Virus record (IMG/VR): IMGVR_UViG_3300050821_013430
Coordinates: 310,001 to 374,000 of that record
Strand: one strand, 5' to 3'
DNA: 64,000 nucleotides
Shown: positions 19,553 to 29,489 of the stretch, in pieces
Layout of the letters: every line of letters begins with the position of its first letter
Position numbering within the stretch: the stretch's first letter is position 1
Position numbers and translations under genes: made by a program
The notes under the pieces: generated by a model
The model's input: the letters and a program-made list of their open reading frames with translations, nothing else
Told to the model about the DNA's origin: nothing
Databases searched by the model: none

Positions 19553-19580
19553 CAGCACTTCGATCCCTAATTAGGATGGC

Positions 19581-19868
19581 TTACCAGCCGAGGTCGCTCT
19601 CGATTTCGATAATCGCATCCACCTTGCAGTCCTTATGGAAGGAGTAGGTTTTCTCGTTGATCTTCATGGTGATGATCTTGTTGCGAGGTGCGCCCTTCTC
19701 CTTGCATACAAAGCACTTAGGCTTCGCCAATTCCCGCGCGTGAGCCGTTTTGATGAACTCTTCCAGAGCGGTTGCCTGCTGGGAATTGTCGAGGTATTCG
19801 GCCACTATTTCGAGGGGCTCATCGCCCAACTCTTCACTGTACTTGTTGATGATCTCTAAACTGTTCAT
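19581..19868 (-). CDS. Acidic protein with C-terminal Zn finger
   Basis: PKCFVC...LGW*; paralog of next ORF. Confidence 0.6.
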   Translation of the reverse strand: MNSLEIINKYSEELGDEPLEIVAEYLDNSQQATALEEFIKTAHARELAKPKCFVCKEKGAPRNKIITMKINEKTYSFHKDCKVDAIIEIESDLGW

Positions 19869-19893
19869 ATGCGTATTCTCCTTGTAAGTCAAT

Positions 19894-20373
19894 TCAGTTC
19901 CAACCCAGTTTCTTGGCAGCCATATCGAAGACCGCCTCTCTGCAACACTCGCTCTCGCAATAGCGCAGGGTCTCGTCTCCGTTGATGGTATGGACATCGC
20001 CTTCGTCAAACTTCTCTTCGCACTCGGAGCACTTCGGACGATCCAACTCTTCCTTGTAGCGTTCCTGCATGAACTCGTCAAACTGGGCAACCATACCCTG
20101 CGTCTCATCGATGAACTCTTCGATCGTCTCACTGGCATCCATACACCACGATCCGTTCTCGTACTGATCAACCAGATCAGATACCGACTTGATCTCGTTC
20201 TGATCCTCTTTGACCTTCTTCTCGAAGAACTTCGTCAAGAGATTCAGACGACTCTTGTCCTCATCGATGAATGCTTCCATGTCTTCCCAGTTGCCATCGT
20301 AGAGCATGATGCCCTCGTTTTCCAACTTCTCGATCACATCAGCGACCGTCTTACACACCTTGTTTGTACTCAT
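19894..20373 (-). CDS. Acidic protein with C-terminal Zn finger
   Basis: PKCSEC...LGWN*. Confidence 0.6.
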   Translation of the reverse strand: MSTNKVCKTVADVIEKLENEGIMLYDGNWEDMEAFIDEDKSRLNLLTKFFEKKVKEDQNEIKSVSDLVDQYENGSWCMDASETIEEFIDETQGMVAQFDEFMQERYKEELDRPKCSECEEKFDEGDVHTINGDETLRYCESECCREAVFDMAAKKLGWN

Positions 20374-20422
20374 TGCTATTCTCCTTCATAAGCCAAGCGT
20401 AATTGCCAGGCAACATCTTCGT

Positions 20423-20653
20423 TCAGTGCATTAGCCCACACTGAGGGCAAGCACACTCGTGTAGGGTCAAGGGGTGAGTGCTCCAGCCGTATTCACGCGC
20501 GTGCGCTATCTGATCCGCACAAAGCAAGACCACTTCCTTGCCCCTAATATCAGTGCGATACACCCTTTGGGTATGCTTATCGTGTCTACCTCGTCCCTTG
20601 CAACAGGCGTGGGGCGCGTCAGCACAGTCCCAATTGATCTTGACTTCGGTCAT
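20423..20653 (-). CDS. CxQCxxxH-tail protein, family D
   Basis: WDC...ACC.GRGRHD...CPQCGLMH*. Confidence 0.7.
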   Translation of the reverse strand: MTEVKINWDCADAPHACCKGRGRHDKHTQRVYRTDIRGKEVVLLCADQIAHAREYGWSTHPLTLHECACPQCGLMH

Positions 20654-20850
20654 CAGTGTATCTCGCTGCACTGAGGACAAGCCAATACGGCAGGACCTTT
20701 CCATCCATATCCACGCCAACCATCAACCCACTGCTGACAAGACTTGACGCAGCAGTCATTACCGACTGAATTGATCACTCGATACAACTGTATCTGATGG
20801 GTGCTATGATCACTCAGTCCACAGGAATACTGTCCACGATAGTCTCTCAT
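20653..20850 (-). CDS. CxQCxxxH-tail protein, family D-like
   Basis: ends ACPQCSEIH*; shares YGW motif with neighbours. Confidence 0.7.
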   Translation of the reverse strand: MRDYRGQYSCGLSDHSTHQIQLYRVINSVGNDCCVKSCQQWVDGWRGYGWKGPAVLACPQCSEIH

Positions 20851-20986
20851 ACTAAGTCTCCATTAGGGCGAGAATGGGGCGATAGCCTTTCGACCACCGC
20901 CCCTCAGTTCGCTACTTACGATTCTTCCACTTGTCCAGGATCAGTTTGAGCAATTTGGCCAAAGCGTCTATGATGTCATTCATTGT

Positions 20987-23900
20987 TCAGTTCTCCATTG
21001 TCTTGGGCGTTTCGGTTTCTTCGGACTCGGATACTGTTTCAATCGACTCTTCCGCGCAGACACTTGCGCCTACGGTAGATTCCGCCTTCGGAATCCCCGA
21101 GAGGGATTCGCTAATCACCGGCAGCAACTGCTCCAAAGCCATCTCAATCATCGAGTTGCCGATGACCGAAAGACTCTGCACTCTAAACTCAGTGGCCAGT
21201 CGTTGCGCCTTTTGATGCTCAGAGAGTTTAGGGGCGTAGGTAAAGAGCAGACCCAGAATGGCGCTAACCAAAGCATCGCCAGCCTCCGTCTCCATCAATC
21301 CCTTGATGGATTCGACCATCTGACTGTTCTTGCCCTGTTGTGTTAGCATTCGGACAATCCCGGCCTTGGCCGCTGCATTGATCTGAGTTGCTGCAACTCG
21401 GTATAGAGCCGAGGATGCGTCTTCTTTGATCATGGCACCGAAAGGAGTACGATGGATAGCGACTGCTGCGGCCGTGGCCGCAACGGCTGCCGTTGCTTCT
21501 GGCACAAACTTGGGTTTGGTCTCTATCGGGGCGGTACCAGTAGAGGGACGGAAGCAATTGGCTTCGCTCTCCAATCCAGTGACGAACCAGGTGCGTCCGC
21601 CTTTGGCCTGTTCGACATATGCGGGATCGATGAAACCCGCGCCGCAGTCATTGTGCCATGAATGGCCTCTGGAATCGAGAGGAAGACTCAGCAGATAGCC
21701 AGGAGCGCTAGTGTTAGTCCTGATTCCAATGACGGTGGCTCGTACACTACTGCGAGTTTCGTCTCGCTTTGACTGCGAGTGATAGCAGTAATGCCCATCA
21801 TCCGCGACGAAGAGGTCTACCTTGTCGCCAACCTTGGTGGTCGGGATATACTTCGGCTTCTCTTCCTTCTTGACTTCGACCGGCTTGGGCTTTTCTTCGA
21901 GAGGCGGAGGGGCGTCTGGATGTACTTTCTTGAAGGCATCGGCGATGTTGATATACCAGCATCGAGTGCCTTTTTCCATCACCATCTTCTTGTAGACGAG
22001 ATCGACTTCTTTGAGGCGTCCCTGATAGTCAGATATTGGCCAACCGATGTTCTCCTTAGTCTCGAAGTTGACTAGGATCTGACCTTCACCGACACCGACT
22101 ACGGTTGCTAAAACGGTCTTTGGAACGGCTGCGTCGCTGGCGGTAATCGAACACAGACTTCCGTTGTTGTTTTGGTAGACCTCGATTACATCTCCCACCT
22201 TGACTCCAAGAACGGTCTTGGACTTGCGGAAGAACTCCTCGTCGTTGATCCAGTAAAAGGACTTGCCTTTGGACTTCTCCCGGTATTCGGGAGTGATCCA
22301 CGAAAACTGAGTCCCATAACTATGGCCATATCCCAACGAGGGATCCAGCATCGCCATCGGCTTACCATTCGTATCGAAGCCGCAGATGGTGGCCTTGATA
22401 GGAGACAGGGTGATATCCGGATCGTAACCCAGATCAACCAATCCTCCGGGGGAGCGGCGGAAGATCTCGATCTCATCGCCAACCTTCAATCCGTAGTTGC
22501 CTTCGAGGACATAAGTGACTCCCGTTTTGGCAGGCTCGGCCGGAGTTTCCGCGACAGGTTTCTCTTCCTTGGCTTCGGCCTTTTCAGTCTCCGTCTCGGC
22601 CTTCTCCTCTACTTCTTCATCAGGAGCGCTGGCTTCCGACTGACCCTCCTCGGCCTCAGTCTCTTCCGTTTTGGGCGAAGGGACTTTGGTGCCAAACAGG
22701 AAGCCAACCTTCTTGAAGGCATTTGCCGAAGAGAGTTCCCAGCAGTCCTTATCTTTGACCTCTTCCAAATATCGAGGGTCAATGTTGTACTGCGTACCAC
22801 CCTTAGAATGACCAGAGTTGACACCGGCTGCTTTCTTGTCAAAGACAGCCACCGGATAGCCATGAGTGCTGAAGGCGACGACGGTAGCACGGACGGGCGT
22901 CAATGACTTATCGCCTACCGATCCATCAGCGAGATACTTCTCGGTCTTCCGATCAATCGCGATCACATCTCCGATTCTGACCCCAAGAGAGGTTCTCTCG
23001 AAGGCTTTCTCTGAGTAGATGAATTGGAAGAACTTCTCATCATAGTCATCGACATCCAGACCGAAATCATTGGGGCTATGACGACAGTAATGGTCGTCGC
23101 TATCATAGGCTACGACTGGGCGTCCAGCCGAGAAGGCAACCACCTTGGCAGGAAGGGCCTCCTGATTGAGATCAGGCTCCTCGAACATATCGATGACTTT
23201 ACCGTCCGAGTCCTTGCGAAGATAGACCTTATCTCCGACTTTGAGACCCAAGGTCTTGTCCGTCTCACCGAGCGTAAACACACTATTGGCGGTCAGTCTA
23301 TGAATCGCAGCGTTTCGCTTCTGCGCTTCCCTGGCGTACTTGGGATCGATCTCGAAGTCGAGATACTCCTGATTGGTGTTTTGGAAGTCTTTGGAATCCA
23401 GCATGGCAAGCGGATTGCCATCGAAGAATCCAACGATGGTGGCCACTTCCGAGCCCACGGCGTCTTTCGCCAGGCTGGTTTCGTCAAAGCATTCGCCATC
23501 CTTATTGACCTTGATCTCGACCCGATCTCCGATCTTGAGTCCGAAAGAGTCCAACTGCGGCTTCTCGACCACTACGAAGTCAGCCCGATCAAACAGAGGC
23601 CAGAAGGACTTGTCCTTGAACTCTCCCTTGACCCTCTCCTCTATGCCGAGGTCTTCCATCGAGTCTTCGAGACCATCGTTGATGCTGGAATCGAAGGCGA
23701 CAAGGGGTCGATCCTCACTATCGAATCCAGCAACTACAGCCGGGATCCTCTCGGACTCCTTGTCCGCAGTGTAATCCTCGTTGATCAGATCTCCGTCCTC
23801 ATCGCGGTACATCTCGATCTTGTCGCCGATCTTGAGACCGAGCCTGATAGAGGGTTGACCCAAACGTCTGCAAAGACGCTTGTCAGTTTCGGGGCCGAAG

Positions 23901-24646
23901 CAAGACTTGCTATCCAACTCCCAGAGGGGGCCGTATTCCGATTCCTCGATATACTCCTCATCAATTTCGTAGTCTTCGCCGTGGTTGCCGTTGCCATCGT
24001 TGTTTTCCGCATCATCCAACAGAACGACCGGCTTGCCTTCCTTAGTGAAAGCGACAACAGTGGCAGTTTCGGTCTCGTACTCTTCGTCCCGCTCTTGATC
24101 ATCTTGGCAGAGATCACCGTCCTCATTGCGGAAGACTTCGACTCGATCTCCGATCTTGAGACCAAAGGTTTTCTCGGGGCTGTACTTGGGACTCACCTCG
24201 AAAGCATCCTTATGAATAAGGCCCCAGAAGGACTTGCCTTCGGTCTCGCCTTGGTACTGTTGGGCGACGTTGAGACCTGCTGGTGTTCTTGACAAACTGA
24301 GACTGCTGAAATCGAGATCCAACATGGTCAATACGGCGGGACCACTGAATCCAACGACAGTAGCGGTTGCGGGGGCGAAGGCCTCCTTGTTAGCCGGAGC
24401 GCCGTTGTCGCAAAGCAGATCCGTTCGATGTCGCCAGATCTTGACCCGATCTCCGACCTTGACTCCCAGTTTGGGAGAGGCATAGGACATGGCATCTTCG
24501 AGAGTCTCATAGCCGTTTCCGTCAGTAGACCCATCACATGCTTCGCAGATATTGAAGTAGCGTTCGCGGGCGGAGGAGCCATACTTGCCCCAATCCTTGC
24601 ACGGGGCTCCGCAAGCGCAACAGTTGGTCATAGGTTTAGTGGCCAT
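20987..24646 (-). CDS. 1219-aa protein: N-terminal Zn finger, 9 SH3-like repeats, helical C-domain
   Basis: Nine (G)(L/V)(K/R)(V/I)GD(R/K/V/E)(V/I) starts about 95 aa apart with AT(V/I)VG(F) and FW motifs. Confidence 0.85.
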   Translation of the reverse strand: MATKPMTNCCACGAPCKDWGKYGSSARERYFNICEACDGSTDGNGYETLEDAMSYASPKLGVKVGDRVKIWRHRTDLLCDNGAPANKEAFAPATATVVGFSGPAVLTMLDLDFSSLSLSRTPAGLNVAQQYQGETEGKSFWGLIHKDAFEVSPKYSPEKTFGLKIGDRVEVFRNEDGDLCQDDQERDEEYETETATVVAFTKEGKPVVLLDDAENNDGNGNHGEDYEIDEEYIEESEYGPLWELDSKSCFGPETDKRLCRRLGQPSIRLGLKIGDKIEMYRDEDGDLINEDYTADKESERIPAVVAGFDSEDRPLVAFDSSINDGLEDSMEDLGIEERVKGEFKDKSFWPLFDRADFVVVEKPQLDSFGLKIGDRVEIKVNKDGECFDETSLAKDAVGSEVATIVGFFDGNPLAMLDSKDFQNTNQEYLDFEIDPKYAREAQKRNAAIHRLTANSVFTLGETDKTLGLKVGDKVYLRKDSDGKVIDMFEEPDLNQEALPAKVVAFSAGRPVVAYDSDDHYCRHSPNDFGLDVDDYDEKFFQFIYSEKAFERTSLGVRIGDVIAIDRKTEKYLADGSVGDKSLTPVRATVVAFSTHGYPVAVFDKKAAGVNSGHSKGGTQYNIDPRYLEEVKDKDCWELSSANAFKKVGFLFGTKVPSPKTEETEAEEGQSEASAPDEEVEEKAETETEKAEAKEEKPVAETPAEPAKTGVTYVLEGNYGLKVGDEIEIFRRSPGGLVDLGYDPDITLSPIKATICGFDTNGKPMAMLDPSLGYGHSYGTQFSWITPEYREKSKGKSFYWINDEEFFRKSKTVLGVKVGDVIEVYQNNNGSLCSITASDAAVPKTVLATVVGVGEGQILVNFETKENIGWPISDYQGRLKEVDLVYKKMVMEKGTRCWYINIADAFKKVHPDAPPPLEEKPKPVEVKKEEKPKYIPTTKVGDKVDLFVADDGHYCYHSQSKRDETRSSVRATVIGIRTNTSAPGYLLSLPLDSRGHSWHNDCGAGFIDPAYVEQAKGGRTWFVTGLESEANCFRPSTGTAPIETKPKFVPEATAAVAATAAAVAIHRTPFGAMIKEDASSALYRVAATQINAAAKAGIVRMLTQQGKNSQMVESIKGLMETEAGDALVSAILGLLFTYAPKLSEHQKAQRLATEFRVQSLSVIGNSMIEMALEQLLPVISESLSGIPKAESTVGASVCAEESIETVSESEETETPKTMEN

Positions 24647-24767
24647 CGTTATTCCTCTTTCGCTAAGGGAAGTTCACTCACTCTACAAACGGCGAATCGG
24701 GCGCGGCAGATTGGACTTACATCCAATCCACCGGCCCGACCAACCGACAATCAACTACAACTGGTTA

Positions 24768-26393
24768 TCAGTTGACGTGATTGACCTTGGGGGAAGCCGT
24801 TTCCTCTTCCACCACTTCCGTCTCCGTCGTTTCGCCGATACGACCCTTTTCAGTCGTGGTCGTGCTGGGCAAGTTGCTCAGCGCCGAGGTCAGGACAGGG
24901 AGGAAGTGTTCGACAGCGGCGCCGATCACTTCGTTGCCCACGATGGTCAACGACTGAGTACGGAACTCACCTGCCAACTTCTGAACCCGGGGATCATCGC
25001 TGATCTTGGGCATGTATGTGAGAGCAAGACCGGCAATGGCATCCACCAAAGCGGTTCCGATCTCCGTCTCCAAGAGATCCTTGACAGCGGCCATCTTGCC
25101 ACCATCGAGGCCCTTGCTTTCCATCAGACGCAAGAGAGCGACTTTCACTCCCTTGGCGATCTGGGTGGAAGCCACACGGTACGCCGCGTTTTCGGCGTCG
25201 CCCTTGAACATGTCCATGAACGTCTGCTTGTCGCTGGTCTCACTCATTGTCTTGCTCTCTTTCTTGGTTGCTACTTTGCTGGTTGTCTTGGTTGTTTTGG
25301 TTCCGAAACCCTTCTGCTTCAGTTTCTTCCGGCGATCATCATTGATGCCGGGAAGTTCTTTGTACGTGCCCTTCTTGATTCGATCCGTTGTTTCCGCTAC
25401 GTTGACCTCCGGGAGCATGGAGAAGATCACTCCGTCCTTCTTCATTGCCAACATGTTGACATCGGCATCCTCCGTACCAGGCGTCAGCGGCGTGGTCAGA
25501 GTGTTGTTCCCGACGACAACATCCATCATCACCTCATACCCGTTTTTGGAAACGGAGTAGAGAGGCTTGGTGGTAATGTCCTTGCCTTGGCCATCCTTGG
25601 CATAGGAGACGAAGTTGACCTTGAAACCTGCGGCCTGCAACTTGGAGACGTAGTTGTTCGGCTCCTTACCTGCCATGAACAGATTGACGTCAACGAAGTC
25701 CTCGTTTCTGATCTGGTCTCTGACCACTCCGCCGTAGAAGTAGTCGGTGTTTTCCAGATGCTTGAGCATCTCCGCGACAATCGTCTGACGCTGGGTCTTC
25801 TTGACGATGGCCTTCTCGTTCTCCACTTTGGAGTCCACCTTCTTGAAGGACTCCTTGGAACAGAGATACCAGAATCGACGCTTGGTCGGATCGGGACACA
25901 ACTCCTTATCCACGAAGGGATGGTAGAGAGTTGCTTCCGTCATACCACCGACGAAGCCTTCGTCAATCATGACGACCGGCTGCTCCTTGGTATTCCAGCC
26001 CACTACCGTGGCAGTGGCACGATGCTGAGTCTCGTTCCAACTGGAATCGCACAGTCGGGTCAACGTGTTATCTGTGTATGGAAGCTCCACACGATCTCCT
26101 ACTTTCAACGCATAGTCCGCTTTTGCCATTGTCTTCTCCTCTTTGATCTGGTTCTTGTAGCAATCCGAGTAGTTCCGATAATGCTCACAGGCATTCCCAT
26201 TGAACCAGAAGTTCTGGCCATCTCTGGTGCCTGCTCCGCCTAACGATGGTAAGGCTTTGGAACATAGAGGGCAAACCTTTGGCAGTTTGACTGCAACGCC
26301 CTTAGTCGGACTAAGATGCGTTTCCACATGTTCTTGTAGCCATGTCCTGCTGATGAACACCGATACGGTGTCAATGATCTGAGTTTGACTCAT
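24768..26393 (-). CDS. Multidomain protein: Zn finger, SH3-like repeat, nucleotidyltransferase (CCA/polyA-head-like) domain, helical C-domain
   Basis: YALKVGDRVEL; YGGVVRDQIRNEDFVDVNL; C-domain homologous to 20987..24646. Confidence 0.75.
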   Translation of the reverse strand: MSQTQIIDTVSVFISRTWLQEHVETHLSPTKGVAVKLPKVCPLCSKALPSLGGAGTRDGQNFWFNGNACEHYRNYSDCYKNQIKEEKTMAKADYALKVGDRVELPYTDNTLTRLCDSSWNETQHRATATVVGWNTKEQPVVMIDEGFVGGMTEATLYHPFVDKELCPDPTKRRFWYLCSKESFKKVDSKVENEKAIVKKTQRQTIVAEMLKHLENTDYFYGGVVRDQIRNEDFVDVNLFMAGKEPNNYVSKLQAAGFKVNFVSYAKDGQGKDITTKPLYSVSKNGYEVMMDVVVGNNTLTTPLTPGTEDADVNMLAMKKDGVIFSMLPEVNVAETTDRIKKGTYKELPGINDDRRKKLKQKGFGTKTTKTTSKVATKKESKTMSETSDKQTFMDMFKGDAENAAYRVASTQIAKGVKVALLRLMESKGLDGGKMAAVKDLLETEIGTALVDAIAGLALTYMPKISDDPRVQKLAGEFRTQSLTIVGNEVIGAAVEHFLPVLTSALSNLPSTTTTEKGRIGETTETEVVEEETASPKVNHVN

Positions 26394-26497
26394 CGTCCTC
26401 CACTCTAACTAAGGGGCAGTTTCATTGGTCAAACCTTTCGTATTCAACAGTCCGATTTCACGACTAAACCGCGGGATCGACGGATATAAAGGGCGTT

Positions 26498-27256
26498 ATG
26501 GACGAGAACTTTATCACTGAACGTATCTTACCGAACATCAAGATCACGCCAACTGGTTGTTGGATATGGCAACTATCCACTACCAATGGTGGATATGGCC
26601 AAATTTCCTTTCGAAGGAAACCACAAGCAGTACATCGTGTAGTGTATTTGATGACGCACGGCGTCATACCAGAAGGACTGTATGTTTGCCATCTATGCGA
26701 CGAGAAACTCTGCTGTAATCCGGAACATCTTGATGCTCTCACCCCAAAAGAGAACACTATGGACTGCGCTCGGAAAGGTCGTCTCAACCATGCCACGTAT
26801 CAGCATGGACACGAAAAGTGCACTCCTGAAAACTTCTGGGAGAGAACGACCAAACGAAAAACGGGGTGTTGGGAATGGAATCGTTCAACCGACCATAAGG
26901 GATACGGTCAAGTGAAATTCGATGGTAAAACCAGAAGAGCCCATCGAGTGGCTTATACGCTGATCCACGGTAGCATCCCAGAAGGAATGCTTATATGTCA
27001 TGCGTGCGACAACAAACTTTGCTGCAACCCAGCACATTTGTTCCCTGGAACGGCATCAGACAATGCAAGAGACTTGGTGAAAAAGGGACTACACAAACGT
27101 GTAGCGGCCAAACTTACCGACAGACAAGCGGTACGGATTAGAGAGTTGTACTCCGATGAGTCGTACACCTATCAAGAGTTATCTGATGAGTTCAATATGT
27201 CGCTAACTGCCATTGGCAACATCATCCGCGGTACAAGCTTCAAGCACTTACTATAA
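26498..27256 (+). CDS. Homing endonuclease with two HNH domains
   Basis: Twice CWxW...GYG...HRV.Y...G.IPEG..(V/I)CH.CD.K.CCNP.HL; HTH tail. Confidence 0.9.
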   Translation: MDENFITERILPNIKITPTGCWIWQLSTTNGGYGQISFRRKPQAVHRVVYLMTHGVIPEGLYVCHLCDEKLCCNPEHLDALTPKENTMDCARKGRLNHATYQHGHEKCTPENFWERTTKRKTGCWEWNRSTDHKGYGQVKFDGKTRRAHRVAYTLIHGSIPEGMLICHACDNKLCCNPAHLFPGTASDNARDLVKKGLHKRVAAKLTDRQAVRIRELYSDESYTYQELSDEFNMSLTAIGNIIRGTSFKHLL

Positions 27257-27281
27257 GTGAGGTGGTTCTGCCGGATTGATG

Positions 27282-27306
27282 GGGCTCCCGACAAGGGAGC
27301 CCTTTT
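27282..27306 (+). terminator. Rho-independent terminator
   Basis: gggctccc-gacaa-gggagccc-tttt after HNH stop. Confidence 0.75.
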
Positions 27307-28004
27307 GGTAATCGCACCGGCAGATGGGACGGACTAAACCGCCTCGCGCTCACGGCGCGCTTCGAGGTAGTTCTTGATTTTGTCCGAGACCACGCTCTGA
27401 ATCGCCGCGCTGGCGATATTGACGAGCACGAAACTGAGAGCCTTCTTGATCATTGATCGATCCATTGTTGTCTCCTTGTTAGGGGTTGAAACGCTCAGTT
27501 GACGTTGAGCGTTGTATCCGTGGAACTACCACGGCTTTTCACGGCCATACGCCGTTTCACCTTCTCGTTGACCAGTGTACGAATTGCCTGATCAACCGCC
27601 GAGTATGCTACGAGCACACCCATCTGAACCAGAAACTGTCTGAGCATTCCACGCCAGTTATCCATTGTCGTTCTCCTTGTTTTCGTTGTTGAACCACTCC
27701 AAAACGACGCGGGTGATCAGCGATGTTATCACCGTGATCTTGGTGTCCCGAAGGACTCCGCGTCCAATCTTCTTCCAATCCATCAGTTGTCTCCGTTCTC
27801 TTTGCGTTCTTTGCGAGCCGCAACCCATTTGCGGACGCTTCGTACCGTTAGCCATGTTGCACCAATCAAGTTGATCAGCACCGAGATTACCAGAGCGATC
27901 AGGGCATACTTATGCGACCACATTTCGAGTAGCATGAAGATGATGTTGATCAGCGCAATGATGGCGTTGATGATCTTGACGATCAGTTTCATGGGAGACT
28001 CCTT

Positions 28005-28406
28005 CTATCGGGTGATGAAGATGGTTCCAACAACCATCATCGCAAGTCCTACGCACTTCTGCCATGAGAAACTCTCATGCAGAAAGGCCACTGCCAAGAA
28101 GAAGGACAACATCGGATACAACGCAGTCGTGCTAATGGCCGAACTAACGCTGGTACGCATCGCCAGAACAGTATAGGCCAGGACTGCGGTGCAAACGCAA
28201 ACTGATGATGCTACTATCCATCCCACCCCTGTCCAACTCGTCTTGAACGACTTGACCATCGGTAGATAGAACGGCACCATTATGAAGTTGGACATCATAC
28301 CGATCATCATCGTTAGGTACGGATCCACTCGCTGAGTGGCTAATCGATTGAAGATCGACCAGAGGGCCCATCCAACGATGGCAACGATGATCAGGAAGAT
28401 GTTCAC
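28005..28406 (-). CDS. EamA/DMT family transporter
   Basis: GWALWSIFNRLA...ALYPMLSFFLAVAFLHESFSWQKCVGLAMMVVG; GTG start. Confidence 0.8.
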   Translation of the reverse strand: MNIFLIIVAIVGWALWSIFNRLATQRVDPYLTMMIGMMSNFIMVPFYLPMVKSFKTSWTGVGWIVASSVCVCTAVLAYTVLAMRTSVSSAISTTALYPMLSFFLAVAFLHESFSWQKCVGLAMMVVGTIFITR

Positions 28407-29248
28407 TTGGGAACAGGCTCCTTCACAAGGAAGAAGAGCACGGTACAGGCAATGACGCAGGACACATTGAGAGCGAAGAAACTCCAATGCTTGCTCATCA
28501 AAGAGGATGAGCCCAATAGGAAGTTGATGATACCGAGGACTAAGAACGTCCACTTGCTGCCACAGATACGATCGATCATGATGTTGCCTCCACTTCTTCT
28601 TGTCCACGAGGAGTGATCTTCAGATGGCAGACGTTTCGATCGTCTACCAGCACGTTCTCCCATCCGATGTATCCGCAGCATCGCAGATAGAACACCGAGT
28701 CTACGGTATGATCGCCAAACTCTTGGACGAGATAACTAAGAGCGAGAGAGGATTGATGCAGCCGTTGCAGCACTGCCAATTCGCGTGTATGCATGCTCGT
28801 CCTTACATCCGTAGGATGTTGCCATAGGCGGTACGACGGACTCGGGCACCATCCCAAGCCTGCGCCAAGTTATAGGCCTCTTGATCGGAGTGAAAGTAGC
28901 GAAGCGGCTCGATCACGGCACCATCGGAGAGATGGACTTTGACCGATGACACCTTGCCACCTTGCTTGATGACTTCGGTATGATCGACTCGAAGTTCTTG
29001 GGCCTCCTTGACTTTGACTTCGACTTTGGGTTTGGGGCCCATCCACAACGAGATGAGCCAGGCCTTGAATTGCAACAGCCAGAAAATGACCCACGACATG
29101 GTATACCTCTCACTCTCTATCGAACAGTTTGGGGAATCGGCGGAGGGTTTTGCCCTTACGACGGTGCTCTTGCAAGAGACGCTCCTCTTCTTCCTCATCA
29201 TCATCGAAGGTGAAACCTTGCGGCTTCAACTCCTGCTCAGCCTCTTTC

Positions 29249-29479
29249 TTAGTCTCTTCGCTCATGACTTGTACTCTCAGGTAAGAGAAGTTTGGTACGC
29301 ATCAACTCCAACAACTCAACTTGTCCGCACCACTTGCATCGCCGAGAGTTTCCGGCCCAACAAGGGACGAACATCCAATCGTGTCCTTTCAGTTTGCAGA
29401 TCAATCCAATGGTGATGGTTTTCGCATAGCGCTTGGCAAGCCTGCCAAGGTGAGACACGTTTTGTCGCCAGGAGTGCAT
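29249..29479 (-). CDS. DUF1660-like small Zn-binding protein
   Basis: LICKLKGHDW...CKWCG. Confidence 0.55.
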   Translation of the reverse strand: MHSWRQNVSHLGRLAKRYAKTITIGLICKLKGHDWMFVPCWAGNSRRCKWCGQVELLELMRTKLLLPESTSHERRD

Positions 29480-29489
29480 TGGTCTTTCC

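Larger units (their letters stand above)
26462..27342 (+). mobile_element. HNH cassette bracketed by 11-bp direct repeat GACTAAACCGC
   Basis: Repeat at 26462-26472 and 27332-27342; cassette has promoter-like motif, gene and terminator, antisense to operon. Confidence 0.45.

Noticed and set aside
20872-20908. 12-bp GAAA-capped hairpin between genes
   Set aside because: Single hairpin without a U-tract; probably an ordinary stabiliser or processing stem, and too little to interpret.
24585-26243. Long plus-strand ORFs (552 aa here; also 23024..24292, 22172..22906, 44205..45728, 42662..43339, 13051..13764)
   Set aside because: Antisense shadows of clear minus-strand genes; no motifs or SD.
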